Positions 17,540-27,994 of a DNA stretch of 64,000 bases are shown here, one piece after another. A program made the position numbers and the translations under genes. Numbering within the stretch: position 1 is the first letter of the stretch; each line of letters opens with the position of its first letter. The notes below the pieces were generated by a model, which ran no database searches, was not told the origin of the DNA, and worked only from the letters and a program-made list of their open reading frames with translations. The stretch comes from an uncultured Chloroflexia bacterium (GTDB lineage: Bacteria > Chloroflexota > Limnocylindria > Limnocylindrales > CSP1-4), in the NCBI GenBank assembly GCA_963707215.1, contig CAVPPB010000003.1:448001-512000 (forward strand), in the 5' to 3' direction.

Positions 17540-18853
17540 TCAGGACTCGTGCGGGTTGATGACGAGGCCGGTGAGGGCCTTGGGGTAGAAGTAGGTCGAC
17601 TTCTGGGGCATGACATCGCCGTCGCGGGCCACCTCGACCACCGACTCGACCGGAGTGGGATCGAGCAGGAACGCGACGTCGGTGCCACTCGACGGGTCGG
17701 CGACGGCGACGGCGGCCTCGGCCGCTGACTTCGTGTAGTGGACCCGGTCGCCGCCAGCCACGGCCGGCGGGTCGATCCCCGCCAGGTGATCGAGAGCGAC
17801 GCCGAGGACGGTGACATCGAGGCGGCGCAGGGCCGTTCCCCCGGGCGGGAGGAACGGCTCGACCGCGTCGCGGCGCACCTGGAGGATCGCCGAGGCGTGG
17901 CGGGTCAGGAGCCCGAATCGACCGCCCTGCGACGGAGCCGGGCCTGCCATCCGCTTGACGACGTCCTCGGGCGTCGCCGTCTCGACGTCGAAGAGCTCCC
18001 CTGCCCGATCGACGAGACGGCGGGAGCCCTCGTCGCCGAGGCCGCGCACGAGCCGATGGGTCGGCAGGACGGTCGGGCGCGTGGCGCCCGTTCCCAGCAC
18101 GAGGACGAGCAGGTGGTCGAACGCCGGATCCTCCTCGCACGAGCGCGTCATCCGGCGCTCGTCGCGATACCGGAGGGCCGTCTCGTAGCGATGGTGCCCG
18201 TCGGCGATGGTGACCGGACCGAGACCCGCCAGCGCACACAGCTCCTCGGCGCGATCGTCGGGCGATCCCTCGGCCGTGATCACCCAGAGCCGGTGGCGGA
18301 CATCGTCGTCGTCGATGAGGTCCACGTCACTCGGTTCCGTGGCGACGGCCTCGAGGATGCGCTCCGTGCCCTCCTGTCGCTCCTGCAGGACGACGACGGG
18401 TGAGACGTTGGCCCCGGTCGCCCGGAGCAGCCGGTAGCGATCCTCCTTGGGCCCCGAGAGGGTCCGCTCATGGGGCAGGACCCCACCGTCCCGACCCAGG
18501 GGCTCCAGCCGGAGCCGGGCGAAGAAGCCCCGCTGGGTCCGGAGCTCGGTGGCGCCGGGCACCCTGTACGTCTGCTCGTATACGTAGACGGCCGGTCGGG
18601 GGTCCTTGCGCAGCGTGCCGTCGGATCGCCACGAGGCGAACGTCCGGGCAGCCCTCCGGTAGCGGTCGTCGGGTTCGTCGCCGGGCTGCTCGACCGGCAG
18701 CTCGATGGCGACCACGTTGGCGGGATGGCGGGCCGCAAGTGTCGCGCGCGTCTCCGGGGGGATCACGTCGTAGGGCGGGCTGACCACGGTCGCCAGATCG
18801 CCGACCACCTCGGTGGCGTAGCGCAGGCCTCGGAACGGGCGGATGTCGGGCAC
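17540..18853 (-). CDS. DUF1015 family protein
   Basis: IRPFRGLRY, SPPYDVI, LPHERT, IADGHHRYET, LPTHR and MPQKSTYFYPK. Confidence 0.93.
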   Translation of the reverse strand: MPDIRPFRGLRYATEVVGDLATVVSPPYDVIPPETRATLAARHPANVVAIELPVEQPGDEPDDRYRRAARTFASWRSDGTLRKDPRPAVYVYEQTYRVPGATELRTQRGFFARLRLEPLGRDGGVLPHERTLSGPKEDRYRLLRATGANVSPVVVLQERQEGTERILEAVATEPSDVDLIDDDDVRHRLWVITAEGSPDDRAEELCALAGLGPVTIADGHHRYETALRYRDERRMTRSCEEDPAFDHLLVLVLGTGATRPTVLPTHRLVRGLGDEGSRRLVDRAGELFDVETATPEDVVKRMAGPAPSQGGRFGLLTRHASAILQVRRDAVEPFLPPGGTALRRLDVTVLGVALDHLAGIDPPAVAGGDRVHYTKSAAEAAVAVADPSSGTDVAFLLDPTPVESVVEVARDGDVMPQKSTYFYPKALTGLVINPHES

Positions 18854-19202
18854 GGTCTCCTCGTGACAGGATCGGGGGTGCGTCGCGGCCGGATGCCCGG
18901 CGGGCTCCGGCGGGTCGCCGCCGACCCATCGTACGACACGGGGCCGGGATGTCGTTCCCGGCGAACCGGCCGGCGAACCCCTGGACCTGGTCGGCGCGTC
19001 GGGTCGCTCAGGTGCGGTCGACCGGCAGCCCCCGGATGGTAGGGGGTGGCGGTTCGCCGGGAGCGCCCCGCGCAGGATCTCTCTCCTCAGCCCGCTGGAC
19101 CGTCACCGTGACGAGGACCAGGACGACCAGGCAGGATCGGTCCCATGGTCCGGGGATCGTCCCCCCGCCGCGGGCCGGGTCGCCCGATGCTAGGCTCGGG
19201 CC

Positions 19203-19694
19203 GTGCTTCCCCACGGCGCCCGACCGCGCTTGCTCGCCGCCCTCATGCTCCTCGTCATCGTCGGGGTCCTGGCCGGCTGCCGCGCCACGACCATCGTGGG
19301 CGAGCCTGACCCGACCCCGACGGACATGATCGGGCTGGCGGTCGAGCTCCAGCGACGCGGGGTCGCCGTGACCGATGTGGTCTCGGGCGATGCTGGCTGC
19401 AGTGACCCGGACCTTGTCCCCGCCTCGATCTCCTTCCGGGCCAGCGGCCTCGACCAGGTCGAGCCGGTGACCATCCGCCTGTTCATCTTCCGGAACGACG
19501 CAGCCTACCAGCGCCAGCGCGCCAAGATCGACGGCTGCGCGTCGTCGTTCATCACCGACCCGGCGACCTTCGAGGCGCTCGATGCGTCGCCCTTCGTGGC
19601 CGTGGGCCAGGGCCCGTGGGCCCCTCAGCTCAAGCTGGTGCTCAGGGAGACGCTCGAGGCGGGAGCCGGGGGTCCGGCCGGATCGAGCGGCTGA
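19203..19694 (+). CDS. Hypothetical lipoprotein
   Basis: Lipobox LAGC and two further Cys (SGDAGC, DGC). Confidence 0.75.
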   Translation: MLPHGARPRLLAALMLLVIVGVLAGCRATTIVGEPDPTPTDMIGLAVELQRRGVAVTDVVSGDAGCSDPDLVPASISFRASGLDQVEPVTIRLFIFRNDAAYQRQRAKIDGCASSFITDPATFEALDASPFVAVGQGPWAPQLKLVLRETLEAGAGGPAGSSG

Positions 19695-19748
19695 TCGCCT
19701 CGGGTCGTCGGCGGCGCCCTTCGGCGAGCGGTGCTAGGGTTCGGCCCC

Positions 19749-20522
19749 ATGGAAGGGACCGGGCCGACGCCCGAGCGAGCGTCCGCGACCGAGCGCGCCA
19801 AGGCAGCTCCCGAGGGTACCGGCCGACCCGACGTCGGGCCCGAGCCCGCCCCCGTCGGCGGTGACCGTGATCGCTCGCTGCGCCGGGCGATCCTCGTCCG
19901 CCTGCGCCGAGGCGGCGCGGCCACCCCCGACCAGCTGGCGCGCGGCCTCGGGATGAGCCGGACCGGCGTCCTGGGCCAGCTCCGTCGTCTCGAGGCCGGC
20001 GGCCTGGTGCAGCACGAGACCGAGCGCCACGGGGTCGGCCGACCGCGCCATCGCTACGACCTGACCGAGCGGGCCCAGGCCCTCTTCCCGGCCGCCTACG
20101 ACGGCCTCGCGAGGGGCCTCCTTGCGGCCATCCGACGGGTCGGCGATGACGATCTCGTCGAGCGCGTCTTCGAGGCCAGGCGCCTGGAGATCGCCGAGCG
20201 GGCCACGAGCCACCTCGAGGAGCGCCTGAACGGCGACCGCTCGACCGAGGCCCGGACGCGGGAGCTGGCCGTGTTCCAGGACACCCACGGGTACCTTGCC
20301 GACACGGTGACGGGCCCGGACGGGCGGATCCGGCTCCGCCAGCACAACTGCGCGATCCACGACATCGCGGCTGCCGAGCCGGCGGCCTGCGAGGCAGAGC
20401 TACGGCTGTTCCGCGAGCTCCTGGGGGAGGACGTAGTCCGGGAGTCGCACATCGCGTCCGGCGACCGGGCATGCGTCTACCGCGTCGGCGATCGGACCGG
20501 AGCGGAGACCGAGGAAGCCTGA
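19749..20522 (+). CDS. Winged-helix transcriptional regulator, SufR-like
   Basis: N-terminal HTH and GRPRHRY; C-terminal HNC...C..E...C putative Fe-S ligands. Confidence 0.85.
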   Translation: MEGTGPTPERASATERAKAAPEGTGRPDVGPEPAPVGGDRDRSLRRAILVRLRRGGAATPDQLARGLGMSRTGVLGQLRRLEAGGLVQHETERHGVGRPRHRYDLTERAQALFPAAYDGLARGLLAAIRRVGDDDLVERVFEARRLEIAERATSHLEERLNGDRSTEARTRELAVFQDTHGYLADTVTGPDGRIRLRQHNCAIHDIAAAEPAACEAELRLFRELLGEDVVRESHIASGDRACVYRVGDRTGAETEEA

Positions 20523-20551
20523 CGGCGACCCGTCCGGTCACGGGACCGGGG

Positions 20552-21607
20552 TCAGGCCTCCTCTCGCTCGACCACCTCCCGGGCGGCCGGTTCGAGGTCC
20601 GGCAACGGGACATCGGACACGTTCGGGACGAAGCTGGAGGCGAGGGCCGTCTGTGCGGCCCGGGCCTGTTCGTCGACCGTCAGGATCCCGAGTCGGCCGA
20701 GCGTCGCCATCTCGTCGCGGATGTAGGTCTTGAGCATCTCGGGCCCATCGGTGCTGATCGTGAAGCGAACGTCGTTGCGGCGGAACTGATCGAAGATCCA
20801 GCGGAACTCGTCCCATCCGGATACGACGCCGGTATTCAGGTTCGAGGAGGGGCAGATCTCGAGGACGATCCCCCGCTCGCGGATCATCGCCATCGCCCGC
20901 GGGTCGTAGGCCGCCTTGACGCCATGGCCGATCCGGTCCGGCTCAAGGAGCTCCACGACCCGGGCGACCTCGTCCACCGCCCCGGCCTCGCCGGTATGGA
21001 CGGTGATACCGAGCCCGAACTGGCGGGCCCGGCGGAAGAGCCGCCGGTAGTCGGCGACCCGGAAGGTGGCCGATTCGGGCCCGGCGATGTCGATGCCGAC
21101 GACGCCGCGGTCCCGCCAGGCGATCGCCTTCTCGGTGATGATCTCGTTCAGTTCGAAGGGGAAGGCCCTGTCGAGGCAGAAGATGAGGCCCGGCTTGACC
21201 GGGTACTCCAGTGTGGCCCGGTCCATCCCGCGCAGGGCGGCGGCGATGATGTGGTCGAGATCCTGCTCTCCACCGCGGTTCCGCTTCATCGGGTTGAAGC
21301 GGAGCTCCATCGTCGTGATGTTGTTCTTCCGGTACGCGCCGCCGATGACCTCGTAGACCGATCGCTCCACCGCCGTCGGTGAGGACTGGATCAGCTCCGT
21401 CCAGTGGAACAGCTGGAGGTACGCGTCGAAGCTCTTGGCCCGCCGGGGCGAGACCGTGATCATGTCGCGGAAGGCCCAATAGTCGCGCGTCGGCAGCTTG
21501 ATGCCCTGGGCGTGCGCGATGCTCCACATGATCGCCGGCGTCACAGCGCCGCCGAGATGGCAGTGCAGTTCGGCGAGGGGGATCTTGCGAGGAAGGTTGC
21601 GGCGCAT
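20552..21607 (-). CDS. add: Adenosine deaminase family protein
   Basis: AELHCHLGG, HTGE, RIGHG, CPSSN and STD motifs. Confidence 0.88.
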   Translation of the reverse strand: MRRNLPRKIPLAELHCHLGGAVTPAIMWSIAHAQGIKLPTRDYWAFRDMITVSPRRAKSFDAYLQLFHWTELIQSSPTAVERSVYEVIGGAYRKNNITTMELRFNPMKRNRGGEQDLDHIIAAALRGMDRATLEYPVKPGLIFCLDRAFPFELNEIITEKAIAWRDRGVVGIDIAGPESATFRVADYRRLFRRARQFGLGITVHTGEAGAVDEVARVVELLEPDRIGHGVKAAYDPRAMAMIRERGIVLEICPSSNLNTGVVSGWDEFRWIFDQFRRNDVRFTISTDGPEMLKTYIRDEMATLGRLGILTVDEQARAAQTALASSFVPNVSDVPLPDLEPAAREVVEREEA

Positions 21608-21627
21608 GGGACCGGAGCATACCCCGG

Positions 21628-23454
21628 TCAGTCGATGCAGAACCCGTAGGTCGACGAGCCCCCGGTCGTGCTGACCGTCACCGCGTAGCGACCGGACCCC
21701 CAGCCCCGCGGCGCGTCGGGCGCGAGGACGGCGAGGCCGGGCACTGGGCCGAGCGAGGAGCGGACGTCGACGGGTCGCGACCGCGCATAGGCCCCGATCA
21801 CCCTGACGTCAACGCTGGTGATCGCCCCGGACGGGCCGGTCACCACCCCGATCGGGCGTCGAGTGCCGGCGAGCCCCAGGCCGATCCGGCAGTCGGGGTC
21901 GAGCCCGGCCGCCTCCGTCGGTGTCGCCACCGGGACCTGGGCGGCGAGCCGGATGGCGAACCCGGACGGCGGAAGCCGGAGCGGCTCGATGCTCCCCGCC
22001 ACCACGCCCGATCCGCCGACGTGCCGAGCCCAGGCCCGCGTAGAGCTCAGCAGGACCGGCGTCGAGGTCACCTGGCCGCCAAGGAGGTCCACGTGATAGC
22101 TGGCCGACCGGGCGGTGCCGTCGGCCTCGCGCCAGCGGGCATCGAGACGGTAGACGCCGGGAGCCCAGGCCTGCCCGTCCGGCGCATCGACGACGGCCCA
22201 TGGCGAACCGCCTGCCGGGCCGGCATGGAGTCCCTGGCGGGTCGCTTCGCGAGGTCCGGCGGGACCGACCAGCGCGACCGCGCGGAGACGTGGCTCGGCC
22301 GAACCGTCGGGGAAGCGGATCCCGAATCCGGCCACCCCGGGGATCCGGAGCGTGGCGAGCCGGGGTAGCTCGTCGGGACCCTCACCGGCGACCGCGGAGA
22401 GCCAGGCACGTCGCTCGCCGAGCGCCGGGCCGACCCGCACACCGAGCCCGACGACCTCCGAGCCGACGACCATGAATGGTTCGGGTCGCGTGGGCTGCCG
22501 GTCGGGTCCCCGATCGAGCGGCTCGGGCGCATCGGCTCGGACCGACTCGGCGGGGCCCGGTGATGCGGGAACCGGCACCGGCCAGCCATCCGGAGTGCCG
22601 GGACCGGCGTCGATCCTCACACCGAACCGGATGACCTCGCCGGCGGTGAGCACGTCGATCCGGTAGTAGCCGGCCGGCCAGGACGGCATCGTCCGGCCGT
22701 TGACCGTCGGGGGCACGAAGTACCAGTCTCCCGACCCGATGTCGCCCGCGGGTCGGGCGCCGTCCAGCCGCTCGAGGACGCCGTAGGACACTCGCCACAG
22801 CCGGACATCGAGCGGCGCCTCATCTCCCGGACTGGTCAGGGCGATGAGACGGATCGGCGCGTCCGTCGCCGGGACGGCCATGACGCCGCGGACACCCGCC
22901 CGGCGTTCGAGACGACCAGGCGCACCCTGGCTGGGATCGCGAGCCGGATACCAGCGCTCAACGACCCATCGACCGTCGCCGAAGGCGATCCGGTCGACCT
23001 CCGGTGCCGGTCCGTCGACCCCTGGACCTCCCTGGCCTGCCGCCGCCATGGCCGCCGGATCGACGACGACGCGCAGACCCCATCCGTCCCGCGGCGGCAT
23101 CACGATCGCCAGCGCCGGCCAGGTCGGGACATCGAACGGCGCCAGCTCCACCGTCGTCGCGGCCGCAGCGGCGGGGGTCGGGCTCGGCGCCGCGGCGGAG
23201 TCGGGCGTCGACGCCGGGTCACTCGGGGCGGTCGCCTCCCAGGGCTTGACGACGGCGAGGGCGACGAAGGCGAGGGCGAGGATCGCGGCCAGGATCGCCC
23301 GGTCGGGCAGACGTCGCCGCCTGCCCAGCGGGGCGACGTCGACCTGCAGGGACCGGGTGATCAGCTGGTCCTGGATCGGTTCATCCTGACCGGGGCCCAC
23401 CTCGACCGGGCCGGGCCCGGGCCCCACGGGTGGGCCTCCACGTGGTCCCCTCAT
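21628..23454 (-). CDS. Single-pass membrane protein with repeated extracellular beta-domains (paralog B)
   Basis: VAPLGRRRRLPDRA-TM-VVKPW and three W..G.Y(R/A) repeats. ATGA overlap with paralog A. Confidence 0.7.
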   Translation of the reverse strand: MRGPRGGPPVGPGPGPVEVGPGQDEPIQDQLITRSLQVDVAPLGRRRRLPDRAILAAILALAFVALAVVKPWEATAPSDPASTPDSAAAPSPTPAAAAATTVELAPFDVPTWPALAIVMPPRDGWGLRVVVDPAAMAAAGQGGPGVDGPAPEVDRIAFGDGRWVVERWYPARDPSQGAPGRLERRAGVRGVMAVPATDAPIRLIALTSPGDEAPLDVRLWRVSYGVLERLDGARPAGDIGSGDWYFVPPTVNGRTMPSWPAGYYRIDVLTAGEVIRFGVRIDAGPGTPDGWPVPVPASPGPAESVRADAPEPLDRGPDRQPTRPEPFMVVGSEVVGLGVRVGPALGERRAWLSAVAGEGPDELPRLATLRIPGVAGFGIRFPDGSAEPRLRAVALVGPAGPREATRQGLHAGPAGGSPWAVVDAPDGQAWAPGVYRLDARWREADGTARSASYHVDLLGGQVTSTPVLLSSTRAWARHVGGSGVVAGSIEPLRLPPSGFAIRLAAQVPVATPTEAAGLDPDCRIGLGLAGTRRPIGVVTGPSGAITSVDVRVIGAYARSRPVDVRSSLGPVPGLAVLAPDAPRGWGSGRYAVTVSTTGGSSTYGFCID

Positions 23455-25253
23455 CCGCGCCTCGCGGCCTCGTCCGAGAACGCCCTCAGGGAGCTCGCCG
23501 CGGCCGGGACATCGGCCCGCGCGCCGGGCCCGGGCCCCAGACAGACGACATGCCGGAGCTCCAGGCCGTCGGGGCCACCGAGCACGATCCGGTAGTGGCC
23601 GACCTGCCACCCTCCCGGATCGACCGGCGTCATGACGGCCAGCCCCGGGACCGGGTCGATCGAGGCTCGCACGGGAACCGGCAGTGTCCGGCCGCCGACG
23701 AAGAGGCGCTCGACCGTGACACGGTCCACCGGCTCGTCGACGCGGTGGGCCACCCCAAGGATGGCCTGGATCGAATCCGCCATGACCCCTCCGGCGCGAC
23801 AGCGTCCGCCCTGGGCCTCCACGGTCTCGACGGCGCTGCCCGGCTCCTGTGGCAGGAGCCGGATCGCCGCGGCCGCCGGCCCGCCTTCGAGCGGCTCGAC
23901 GGTCCCGACCACGAGCCCCTGCCCGCCGGCGTGGCGGGCCCAGCCGCGGACTGCGGCCAGCAGCCGGGGCGTCGCCGCCGCGGGACCCGGATCGAGATCG
24001 ACGTGGTACGCGGCGGTGATGGCCCGACCTCCCGGCTCCGACCAGCCGACGTCGATGCGATAGGTACCCGCCAGCCACCCGCCCTTCCCCTGCGGTGAGA
24101 GCACGACCACCCGGCCACCATCAGGGTCGACGACCATGCGACTGGCGATCTCCGCCGGGACCCCACCGATCCGCGTCGCCCGGAGTGACGTCACCTCGGT
24201 GCCGGGTGGCAGGGCAACCCCCAGGGCGGCGACGTCGGGCTGACGCACGGGGGCCAGGGTCGCGGGCTCGTCCGGACGCTCGCCCGCCCGAGCCCCGAGC
24301 CATGCCTCGTAGGGCTCGAGCGGGGCCCTGAGGACCGTGGGCAGTCCCACGACGATCGATCCGGCCACGCCGACGGGGATCGGCGCCGACATCGGATCGA
24401 GAACCGTGGCAGGCAGGGTCGCGCTCGAGCTCCGCTGCTGGCCCGGGGTGATCCGGTCCGCCCGGGCCGTCCAGCGGAGCGACGAGTCCGAAAGCTTCGG
24501 ACCCGGGATCGACACGTCGATCCAGGCGATCCGGTCGGCCAGGAGCAGCTCGAAGCGGTAGGTGCCCTGGGTCCAGGCGGGGTCCTCCCCGATCAGGATC
24601 TCCGGCGAGACGAGCAGTGACTCGCCGGTCCCAGGATCCCCGCGAAGGCGCTGGACCGCGACCCGGATCGGCTCCTCCGTCCAGCGGACGCGCCGCCAGA
24701 CGCGAACGTCCAGGGGGGCCTCGTCGTTCGGGGTGGTGATCGCCAGCATCCGGACCGGCGTGGTCCCGCCGACCCGGACCAGCCCGCCGGGCTGGGCGGG
24801 CGTCCAGCCCACCGCGAGGCGGGTGTCGTCGGAGAGGCGGATGACGGGAACCGAAGACGTCGGGGCGTCGCTCAGGACCCGCACGCCCCAGGCCCCGTGA
24901 GGATCGAGCTGGGCGATCACCTCCGTCCAGGTGGGCAGCCGGGTCCGGCCGAGGAGCGGCCTGGGCGGCTCGCTGCGCACAGGGATCGACTCCAAGGACG
25001 CCGACGGCTCGGCTTCCGAGGTCTCGATGAACGCCGACCGGTCGGCTGGATCCGCCCAGGGCTTGACGACCGCAAGGCCGACGACGAGGGCGGCGATCGC
25101 CCCCAGCGCGAGGGCCCGGTCGGGGAAGCGCCGACGTCGGCCGACGGGCGCCACGGCGAACACCGCCGGTCCCGGCCGACGCTCGTCCTCGATCGTCGGC
25201 CCGGATGGCTCGGAGGGATCAGCCGGCCGCCGGAACGACCCGTCCATGGGCAT
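23451..25253 (-). CDS. Single-pass membrane protein with repeated extracellular beta-domains (paralog A)
   Basis: VAPVGRRRRFPDRA-TM-VVKPW; WTQGTYR, WLAGTYR and WQVGHYR repeats. Confidence 0.7.
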   Translation of the reverse strand: MPMDGSFRRPADPSEPSGPTIEDERRPGPAVFAVAPVGRRRRFPDRALALGAIAALVVGLAVVKPWADPADRSAFIETSEAEPSASLESIPVRSEPPRPLLGRTRLPTWTEVIAQLDPHGAWGVRVLSDAPTSSVPVIRLSDDTRLAVGWTPAQPGGLVRVGGTTPVRMLAITTPNDEAPLDVRVWRRVRWTEEPIRVAVQRLRGDPGTGESLLVSPEILIGEDPAWTQGTYRFELLLADRIAWIDVSIPGPKLSDSSLRWTARADRITPGQQRSSSATLPATVLDPMSAPIPVGVAGSIVVGLPTVLRAPLEPYEAWLGARAGERPDEPATLAPVRQPDVAALGVALPPGTEVTSLRATRIGGVPAEIASRMVVDPDGGRVVVLSPQGKGGWLAGTYRIDVGWSEPGGRAITAAYHVDLDPGPAAATPRLLAAVRGWARHAGGQGLVVGTVEPLEGGPAAAAIRLLPQEPGSAVETVEAQGGRCRAGGVMADSIQAILGVAHRVDEPVDRVTVERLFVGGRTLPVPVRASIDPVPGLAVMTPVDPGGWQVGHYRIVLGGPDGLELRHVVCLGPGPGARADVPAAASSLRAFSDEAARRG

Positions 25254-26292
25254 CCACCGTCGCCTGTCGGCGCAACGCTCGGAGCTCCGCCCCAGGGATC
25301 TGGTCCCGGGCGTGGTAGCTCGACCTCACGAGCGGACCCGACTCGACGTGGAGGAAGCCCATCGCCAGCGCGCGCGATCGCAGCTCGGCGAACTCCTCGG
25401 GGCGGTAGTACCGCTCCACCGGGAGGTGCGCCGAGGACGGCTGCAGGTACTGGCCGACCGTGAGGATGTCGCAGTCGACCGAACGCAGATCGCGGAATGT
25501 CGCCAGGAGCTCGTCGAGCTCCTCGCCGAGACCGACCATCACCGAGCTCTTCGTATGGACGGCCGCCCCGGATGCACGGGCCATCGACTTGGCACGCGCC
25601 AGGACCTCCAGGGAGCGGTCGTAGCGAGCCCGCTTCCGGACCGGCTTCTGGAGCCGCTCCACGGTCTCGACGTTATGGTTCAGGATGTCCGGGGCGGCGT
25701 CCATGACCGCCCGTAGCGGGGCCTCGTGGCCGTCGAAGTCCGGGATGAGCACCTCGACGCCCATGCCCGGGCCGCTGGCACGCAGCTGGCGGATCGTCTC
25801 GGCGAAGACGCTCGCCCCGCCATCGGGCAGGTCGTCCCGGGCGACGCTGGTCACGACGACGTGCTCGAGCCCCAGGGCGGCGACGGCCTCGGCCACCCGG
25901 CGCGGCTCGTCGTCGTCGAACCAGGTCGGCCGGCCGGTCTTGACGGCGCAGAAGCCGCAGGCCCGGGTGCAGGTGTCACCGAGGATCATGATCGTCGCCG
26001 TACGCTGGTCCCAGCACTCCCCGACGTTGGGGCAGTGGGCCTCCTCGCAGACGGTGTTCAGCTCGAGCCCGCGGAGCAGCCGCTTGAGGTCGTGGTACGT
26101 CTCGCCGGCCGGCAGCTTGGCCCGGATCCACTCGGGATGACGGCGGACCGGGTGGGCCGTCGCGGTGCCGCTGTCACGGCGGGCGCCGGCCACGAGGTCC
26201 AGGGCCGCTCCCCCGCCGATGGCGATCGAGAGGGCCTCGGCCGAGGGCGGGTGATGCCCCTGGGGCTGGATGATCGGCAGCTCGCGGGCCAT
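25219..26292 (-). CDS. lipA: Lipoyl synthase
   Basis: CEEAHCPNVGEC, CTRACGFC and RSSY motifs. Confidence 0.97.
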   Translation of the reverse strand: MARELPIIQPQGHHPPSAEALSIAIGGGAALDLVAGARRDSGTATAHPVRRHPEWIRAKLPAGETYHDLKRLLRGLELNTVCEEAHCPNVGECWDQRTATIMILGDTCTRACGFCAVKTGRPTWFDDDEPRRVAEAVAALGLEHVVVTSVARDDLPDGGASVFAETIRQLRASGPGMGVEVLIPDFDGHEAPLRAVMDAAPDILNHNVETVERLQKPVRKRARYDRSLEVLARAKSMARASGAAVHTKSSVMVGLGEELDELLATFRDLRSVDCDILTVGQYLQPSSAHLPVERYYRPEEFAELRSRALAMGFLHVESGPLVRSSYHARDQIPGAELRALRRQATVDAHGRVVPAAG

Positions 26293-26296
26293 GGGC

Positions 26297-27658
26297 CTAG
26301 AAGATGGCCGTGTCCGGGCCGATCGACTCGAGCGCCGTCTTGACGTCGCGCAGGAAGTAGCCGGCCTGGGCTCCGTCGTTGGCCCGATGATCGACGCCGA
26401 TGACCATGTTCATGATCGGCCGGATCGCGATGACGTCGCCGTCGTCGGTCTCGACGACGACCGGCCGCTTGCGGATGACCTCCATGGTCAGGATGGCGAC
26501 CTCGGGCACGTTGATGATCGGCATCGTCATGTTCGAGCCGAACCAGCCGGTGTTGTCGACGGTGAACGTCCCGCCGCCGAAGTCGTCGACCCGCAGCTTG
26601 CCGACCCTCGCTCGCGCGGCTACATCGGCGATGGCCCGGTTGATGCCGCTGATGCTGAGCTGGTCGACGTCGCGGACCACGGGCACGATGAGCCCGTCGT
26701 CCACCGCCACCGCGACACCGACGTTGACCCGCCGCTTGGCGACGAGGCCCTGGTCGGTCCAGTGGGCGTTGAACGTCTGGTGCCGTTTGAGGGCCTCCAC
26801 GGCCGCCTTGATGACGAAGGGCACGTAGCTCAGCGAGATGCCCTCGCGGGCCTGGTACTCGCGCTTGGCGGACTCCCGCAGCCGGACCAGGTTCGTGACA
26901 TCCACTTCGACCTGGACGTAGGCATGCGGCACGGCCAGCGCCCGGGTCATCTGGGCGGCGATGCCCTTGCGCATCTGGGTGAGCGGGACGAGGACCTCGT
27001 CGGCGCCCTCGGGGAAGACGATGGTCGGGCCCTCGGCCGGCGGGGCGGTCGGGGCGGGACGGGCGGCTCCCGGGTGGGCGGCTCGCGCGCCTCCCGGCGA
27101 CTGGGCGCCGACGGGCTGGCCCGTTCGCCGCGCCTCCACGAGGTCGGTGACGTCGTCGCGGGTGATCCGCCCGCCACCACCCGTGCCAACGACCTCCTGT
27201 GGCGAGAGGCCGTGCTCGCGCAGGAGCCGGCGGACGGCAGGGGTCATCCGCGCGTCGGCGCTGCCGGGCGCCATGGCGGGCGCAGAGACCTCGGCGGTCG
27301 TGGGCGCGGTGGTCCCCGGCTCGGGCTGCGGCTCGGGCGCGCTCGGGGTCTCGGCGGTCGGCGTCGCGGCGGCCGGGGTTTCGGCGGGACGCGTCGCGGC
27401 GGTCGCGGCGACATCGCCCGCGTCGGCGGTCTCGATGACGGCGATCTCGGCGTCGTTGGGGACCGTCGCCCCCTCCTCGACGAGGATCTCGGTCAGCGTC
27501 CCCTCGAACGGCGAGGGCACCTCGGCGTTGACCTTGTCGGTGATGACCTCGACGAGCGGCTCGTACTTGTCGACGTGGTCGCCGGGCTGCTTGAGCCACT
27601 TGCCGATCGTCCCCTCGGCCACGCTCTCGCCGAGCTGGGGCATCGTCACCTTCGCCAC
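26297..27658 (-). CDS. 2-oxoacid dehydrogenase E2 (dihydrolipoamide acyltransferase)
   Basis: Lipoyl domain TDKV, E3-binding TPAVRRL...GRITRDD, catalytic DHRANDG. Confidence 0.95.
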   Translation of the reverse strand: MAKVTMPQLGESVAEGTIGKWLKQPGDHVDKYEPLVEVITDKVNAEVPSPFEGTLTEILVEEGATVPNDAEIAVIETADAGDVAATAATRPAETPAAATPTAETPSAPEPQPEPGTTAPTTAEVSAPAMAPGSADARMTPAVRRLLREHGLSPQEVVGTGGGGRITRDDVTDLVEARRTGQPVGAQSPGGARAAHPGAARPAPTAPPAEGPTIVFPEGADEVLVPLTQMRKGIAAQMTRALAVPHAYVQVEVDVTNLVRLRESAKREYQAREGISLSYVPFVIKAAVEALKRHQTFNAHWTDQGLVAKRRVNVGVAVAVDDGLIVPVVRDVDQLSISGINRAIADVAARARVGKLRVDDFGGGTFTVDNTGWFGSNMTMPIINVPEVAILTMEVIRKRPVVVETDDGDVIAIRPIMNMVIGVDHRANDGAQAGYFLRDVKTALESIGPDTAIF

Positions 27659-27928
27659 GGGACCACCTCCGGGGACGCTGCGGGGCGTCGTCTCGCTGCC
27701 ATCGCAGCCTAGTCTGCCGCATCCGTGGTCGAGGCGCCGTGGCGCGGCTCGCCGCGACCCCGACCGACGACTCAGCGCCTGAACGACGCCCGCGTGGCGA
27801 CCCGACGGCCGATCACGGCTGCCAGCGCCGAAACCCCGAGCGTCCGCGGGACCACACCGACGGCCATCCAGAAGATGGTCCGGTAGAACGAGCCGCCGCT
27901 CGCTGCCTGGCGCGCGAGGAGGACCAGC

Positions 27929-27994
27929 CGGATGGCCCCGAACCCGGTCGCCAGGCCCGACACGCCCACGAGTCGGATGGCCCCGAACCCGGTC
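27929..27994. repeat. 21-bp direct repeat (45-bp period) in a degenerate membrane-ORF remnant
   Basis: CGGATGGCCCCGAACCCGGTC at 27929 and 27974; reads TGFGAIRLV twice on the minus strand. Confidence 0.85.
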
